The notes under the pieces: model-generated
Told to the model about the DNA's origin: nothing
The model's input: only the letters and a program-made list of their open reading frames with translations
Databases searched by the model: none
Shown here: piece by piece, positions 60,102 to 64,000 of the stretch
Numbering within the stretch: position 1 is the first letter of the stretch
Layout of the letters: every line of letters begins with the position of its first letter
Source of the DNA: an uncultured Rhodobacteraceae bacterium
GTDB taxonomy: Bacteria; Pseudomonadota; Alphaproteobacteria; Rhodobacterales; Rhodobacteraceae
NCBI GenBank assembly: GCA_947498985.1
Contig: CANMMF010000007.1
Coordinates: 192,686-256,685 of the forward strand
Length of the DNA stretch: 64,000 bases
Direction: 5' to 3'
Made by a program: the position numbers and the translations under genes

Positions 60102-60259
60102 TCCCGCCGCGCCCTGAAGGCCGCGATGCGGCAGGGCACAAGCAAGCACTGGGATTGCAACCCGCCATCGGATGCAAGCCAGCAAAATGTGCGCAACCGC
60201 GTGGACTGGACGGTGGTCGCCAACCGCTACCGCGATCCCCGCCTGAAGGACGACGCCCA

Positions 60260-61924
60260 ATGATGCTGGACGGAAAGATCGCACTGGTCACCGGCGCGCG
60301 CAGCGGGATCGGGCGGGCCATTGCCGCGCGGTTCCTCAAAGAGGGTGCCACGGTCTACGCGGCGGATCTCACACCCGAAGGCTCATTGGGCCCCCCTGAC
60401 GAGGGCAGCCGGTTCGTGAAGCTGGACGTCACGCAGGAAGCGGACGCCATTGCGGCGATGGACCAGGTCCGTGAGGCGCATGGAAAGCTCGACATTCCGG
60501 TCAACGCCGCCGGGATCGGGAAACCGGGCGGCGAACATGGCACGAAGTTCGAGTTCGAATGCTACGATCTGGGCCATCTCTACAACGTCGAATGGTTTGT
60601 CGATCAGGGGCTGATCACACCTCCGTTGCTCATCCAGCTGGGGTTCGGCATTCCGGGCGGGGTTGGTGCGGATGCCGACCATTTGACCCATATGCACAAC
60701 AGCGCCGACAAGCCCTTTGGGGCCGGGACTTACGAATGGCCGGTTCTGGCCGCCGGGCGTCACCAGATACGGTTTGCCACGCAAAGTGCGATGCGCGGCG
60801 GCGATCTGTGGGTCGGGCCTGAGGACAGCCTGTTCTTTGCAGGGGCGGCGCGCACGATGGCGGGCTCTGCGGCGGGCGAATATGTCGCCGGGCACACCTC
60901 GATGATCCGCCGCGACCCGGTTGGCCGGGTGGCCGCGATTGCGCCCTGGAACTATCCGCTGATGATGGCGTCCTGGAAGCCCGCGGCGTCTATCGCGGCG
61001 GGCTGTCCGGTGGTGCTCAAACCTTCCGAGATCACACCGCGCTCGACCCTGCGGCTGGCCGCGCTCTTGCAGGACGTGCTGCCCAGGGGCGCGGTGAACG
61101 TCAACCACGGTCGCGGCCCGGGCGTCGGCGACGCATTGATCAACAGCCCCGGCATGGAAGCGATCAGCGTCACCGGCTCACCGGCCACGGCCATGGCCGC
61201 CATGCGCGCCGCGTCTCAACAGATCCGCCATGTGCATCCGGAACTGGGTGGCAAGGCGCAGGTGATCGTCTTCAACGACGCCGATCTGGATGCGGTGGCG
61301 GAAACCATCCGCTACGGCAGTTATTTCAACGTCGGGCAGGATTGCGCCCAGACTTGCCGCGTGATGGTCGCCGAGAGTGTCTATGACAAGCTGGTGGCGG
61401 CAATTGCCGATCAGGTAGGCCAGATCCGCATCGGCGCACCCAGGGCGGAGGGCACCGAGATGAGCCCGCTTGTGTCTGCGGCACAGCGCGACCGCGTTGC
61501 GGGATTTGTGGACCGGGCCAGGGGTACGGCCGAGATCGTCACCGGCGGCGCGCCCGGCGACAGCGCGGGGTTTTTCTATCAGCCGACGGCCATCGCGAAT
61601 GTCGACAATGATGCGGACGTGGCCTGCAGCGAGGTTTTCGGACCGGTGGTCACGCTGTCCCGTTTCACCGATTCCGGGGACGCGCTGAGGATTGCAAACA
61701 GCGGCGCTTACGGATTGGGTTCGTCGTTCCGGACCCGCGATGCCGGTCGCGCCATGCAGATGACATCGCGCCTGCGCTATGGGTTCACATGGGTGATCAC
61801 GCATGGCGTTGCGACGCCCGGGATGCCCTGGGCCGCTATGAAGGGCTCCGGCACCGGCAGCGACATGTCGGTCTACGCGCTCGACGCCTATACCGCGATC
61901 CGCCACGTGATGGTGGCGTATTGA
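60260..61924 (+). pseudogene. chimeric ORF: SDR N-terminal fragment + BKACE C-terminal fragment + aldehyde dehydrogenase lacking its N-terminal ~130 aa, all in one frame
   Basis: aa 1-~88 are SDR (GKIALVTGARSGIGRAIA ... NAAGIG). From about nt 60525 the text is BKACE (TKFEFECYDLGHLYN ... GGDLWVGPEDSLFFAG). From about nt 60845 it is ALDH (IAPWNYPLMMASWKPAASIAAGCPVVLKPSEITP, ELGGKA, GQDCAQTCR). Confidence 0.7.
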
Positions 61925-62632
61925 GGCGGCTGGCAGGGCATCGGCCGCGGCATCGTCGACGCGTTCCTTGCCGAAGGCGCCGAGGTCACAACCTTCGGAC
62001 GCGGGCCGCGCCCCGGCGATCTGCCCGACGCGCTGGGTTGGCACGCGCTTGACGTCTCCGATCCCCTGGCGGTCTGGCGTGTTGCGGATGACATGGGGGC
62101 GACGGATGTCGTCACCAACAATGCCGGTGTCCAGATCGAAAAGACCGTGGCCGACAGTTCGGATGCGGATTGGGATCTGGTGATGGGTGGGAATGCGCGC
62201 GGCGTCTTCAACATCTGCCGGGCGTTTATCCCGACGATGCCGCCGGGCGGCTCGATGATCAATATCGGCTCGATCTCCGGCCATGTCGCGGATCCCCGCA
62301 TGGCGCTTTACAATGCGTCCAAAGCCTTTGTGCACGGGCTGACGCGCTCGATTGCGGTGGATCACGGGCCGGATCTGCGCTGCAACGCGATCTGCCCCGG
62401 CTGGATCGAAAACGGCATGCTGGACGCGGGGTTTGACCTTGCCCGGGATCCGGTCAAGGCGCGGTCGGATGCCCTGGCGCGGCACGCCGTCAGACGGTTT
62501 GGCCAACCTGCCGGCATCGCCGCGATGGCGGTCTGGCTGGCCTCGGAGGCGGCGGGTTTTGCGACCGGTCAGAAGTTTACCATCAATGGCGGCCTGACGG
62601 CGGCGTCGCCATTCAACCCGGGGCTCAACTGA
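61925..62632 (+). pseudogene. short-chain dehydrogenase/reductase lacking its first ~10 codons (may still be expressed from an internal start)
   Basis: The frame continues directly after the chimera's TGA as GGWQGIGRGIVDAFLAEGAEV..., so the start codon and the beginning of the TGxxxGIG motif are missing. The first ATG is at 62093. The catalytic YNASK and NNAG motifs are present. Confidence 0.55.
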
Positions 62633-63564
62633 TGCCTGATATCGAACAGACCGCCATTTTGGGCGCAGGCGTGATCGGCGCGAGCTGGGCGGCCTTGTTT
62701 CTGGCCTCCGGGCGCAGCGTGACGGTTTTCGACCCGGAACCGGACGCCGAGACATCCGTGCGGTCCGATATCGAAACCGCATGGCCCGCCCTGCAAGAGC
62801 TGGTGCTTGCCGGGCGCGCAACACCGGAGGCCATCCGCTTTGTCGCCACGCCAAAAGACGCCGTGGAGGGCGCGCAGTTCGTTCAGGAAAACGTGCCGGA
62901 ACGGCTGCCGATCAAACATGCAACCTACCGCGACATCGAGCCTGCACTGTCACCCGACGCGATAGTCTCCAGCTCGACTTCCGGCCTGACCCTCGAAGCG
63001 CTGCAGCTAGGCTGGCAGGACCCGGCTCCCCTGATCCTCGGCCATCCGTTCAACCCGCCGCACCTCATCCCTCTGGTCGAACTCACAGCCAATGCGGCAA
63101 CCGGCCCGGCATGTCTGCGCCGGACGGAAGTCTTCTACCAGGCCATCGGCAAGGCCACGCTCCGCATCAGGAAAGGGTTGCCGGGGCACGTGGCCAATCG
63201 ACTTCAGGCCGCCGTTTGGCGCGAAGCCGTGCACATGGCCGTCGAAGGCGTCGCCAGCGTCGAGGATGTCGACAAGGTGATGTGGGCCGGGCCGGGCTTG
63301 CGCCGGGCGGCGATGGGGCCCACGACGCTCTTCCATCTGGGTGCGGGCGAGGGCGGTCTGCAGGCGTTCTGCGACCACTTCAAGGACATGTTCAACGGCT
63401 GGTGGGACGATCTGGGCGACCCGCGCCTGAACGACGAGGTGATCGGGCTGCTGGTCGACGGCATGGCATCGCTGTCTCGGGGGCAAAGCCCCGCCGACTT
63501 GTCGGCGCAAAGAGACGGGATGCTCACCGCGATGCAGACCGCGACCCGGCACCTTCGCGCTTGA
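62632..63564 (+). CDS. 3-hydroxyacyl-CoA dehydrogenase-family protein (L-carnitine dehydrogenase-like)
   Basis: TAILGAGVIGASWA (Rossmann fold), SSSTSGL, GHPFNPPHLIPLVE and a C-terminal extension resemble L-carnitine dehydrogenases. ATG 62632 overlaps the preceding stop (TGATG). Confidence 0.75.
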   Translation: MPDIEQTAILGAGVIGASWAALFLASGRSVTVFDPEPDAETSVRSDIETAWPALQELVLAGRATPEAIRFVATPKDAVEGAQFVQENVPERLPIKHATYRDIEPALSPDAIVSSSTSGLTLEALQLGWQDPAPLILGHPFNPPHLIPLVELTANAATGPACLRRTEVFYQAIGKATLRIRKGLPGHVANRLQAAVWREAVHMAVEGVASVEDVDKVMWAGPGLRRAAMGPTTLFHLGAGEGGLQAFCDHFKDMFNGWWDDLGDPRLNDEVIGLLVDGMASLSRGQSPADLSAQRDGMLTAMQTATRHLRA

Positions 63565-64000
63565 GATCCGGCTTGTACATCGGCCAGGCGCGAAATTTGA
63601 AGGGCACGCGCCCTTCGATGCGATCGACGCTCGCCGACAGCCCAAATCGCTGGTGATAGGCCCGGCTGAAATGCACCTGACTGTTGAACCCGGAGGCCGC
63701 GACGATTTTGCTGAGCTTCAACTCGGTCTGCGTCACCAGCCCGCGCGCGCGATCCGGACGGATGGCGAGGTAATATTCGACCGGGGTTTTCTGGACGTAT
63801 TTGCGAAAAAACCGGCTGAGCTGGCGTTGCGAGGTGCCCGGACGTTCCGCGATCTGCGGGATCGAGAGCGTGGTTTCCAGATGCGCTTCCATCACGTCAA
63901 TCGCCGCCCGGACGATGCCGGAGGTCACATGGGCCATTGGCTCGACCAGCTTGGGGTTTTGCGACCGCTCTTCGCCGCGCACCTCGTGATGAAACAGATA
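63524..64000 (-). CDS. AraC-family transcriptional regulator (GlxA/CdhR-like), C-terminal HTH part only (gene continues beyond the right edge)
   Basis: AraC HTH text (LSIPQIAERPGTSQRQLSRFFRKYVQKTPVEYYLAIRPDRARGLVTQTELKLSKIVAASGFNSQVHFSRAYHQRFG). The frame stays open to position 64000. The 3' end overlaps the convergent dehydrogenase gene by about 40 nt. Confidence 0.75.
   Translation of the reverse strand, partial: YLFHHEVRGEERSQNPKLVEPMAHVTSGIVRAAIDVMEAHLETTLSIPQIAERPGTSQRQLSRFFRKYVQKTPVEYYLAIRPDRARGLVTQTELKLSKIVAASGFNSQVHFSRAYHQRFGLSASVDRIEGRVPFKFRAWPMYKPDLKREGAGSRSASR

Overview
This is high-GC DNA (GC not computed). It looks alphaproteobacterial, most consistent with a Rhodobacterales accessory/catabolic region. 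I recognised no rRNA, tRNA, CRISPR array, transposase or integrase. Contents from left to right: (i) a LodA/LodB-type quinoprotein amino-acid oxidase operon preceded by a small Tat-signal ORF (1-3368, minus strand). (ii) An MFS gene remnant and a DUF6544-like gene. (iii) A clear guanidine-I (ykkC) riboswitch at 5167-5268. It drives a NitT/TauT-type ABC importer, an arginase/agmatinase-family hydrolase with a His-rich N-terminal tail, and an overlapping His-rich 142-aa ORF (5360-9662). This block is bracketed by truncated genes. (iv) A napFDAGHBC periplasmic nitrate reductase operon (10817-17043, minus strand) with an FNR-type class II promoter. (v) The most unusual locus (17572-23075, minus strand): two divergent cyanophycin-synthetase-like genes, each with an N domain, an ATP-grasp domain and a dead, truncated Mur-ligase-like tail. 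One is fused to an N-terminal ANL adenylating domain. They sit next to a ThDP enzyme and a 4-OT-type tautomerase. (vi) A complete hut histidine-utilisation cluster (hutC-hutF divergent from hutIHGU). (vii) A six-gene operon encoding an SMP-30 lactonase, a three-subunit molybdenum hydroxylase, a BKACE enzyme and a TetR regulator. (viii) A LysR-associated resorcinol/hydroxyquinol-type cluster: maleylacetate reductase, Liv-type ABC transporter, VOC protein, FAD monooxygenase, hydroxyquinol 1,2-dioxygenase, BKACE, RutE-like reductase, TRAP transporter and YciI. (ix) ChaC-like and GNAT genes. (x) About 5 kb of decayed quaternary-amine catabolism genes: Rieske oxygenase and betC pseudogenes, a three-part in-frame chimeric ORF and a truncated SDR. 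These are followed by an L-carnitine-dehydrogenase-like gene and a partial AraC/GlxA-type regulator. All calls come from my own reading of the translated ORFs and motifs; no database search was run. The ORF track uses alternative start codons, so many starts were trimmed to the first plausible start with a ribosome-binding site.
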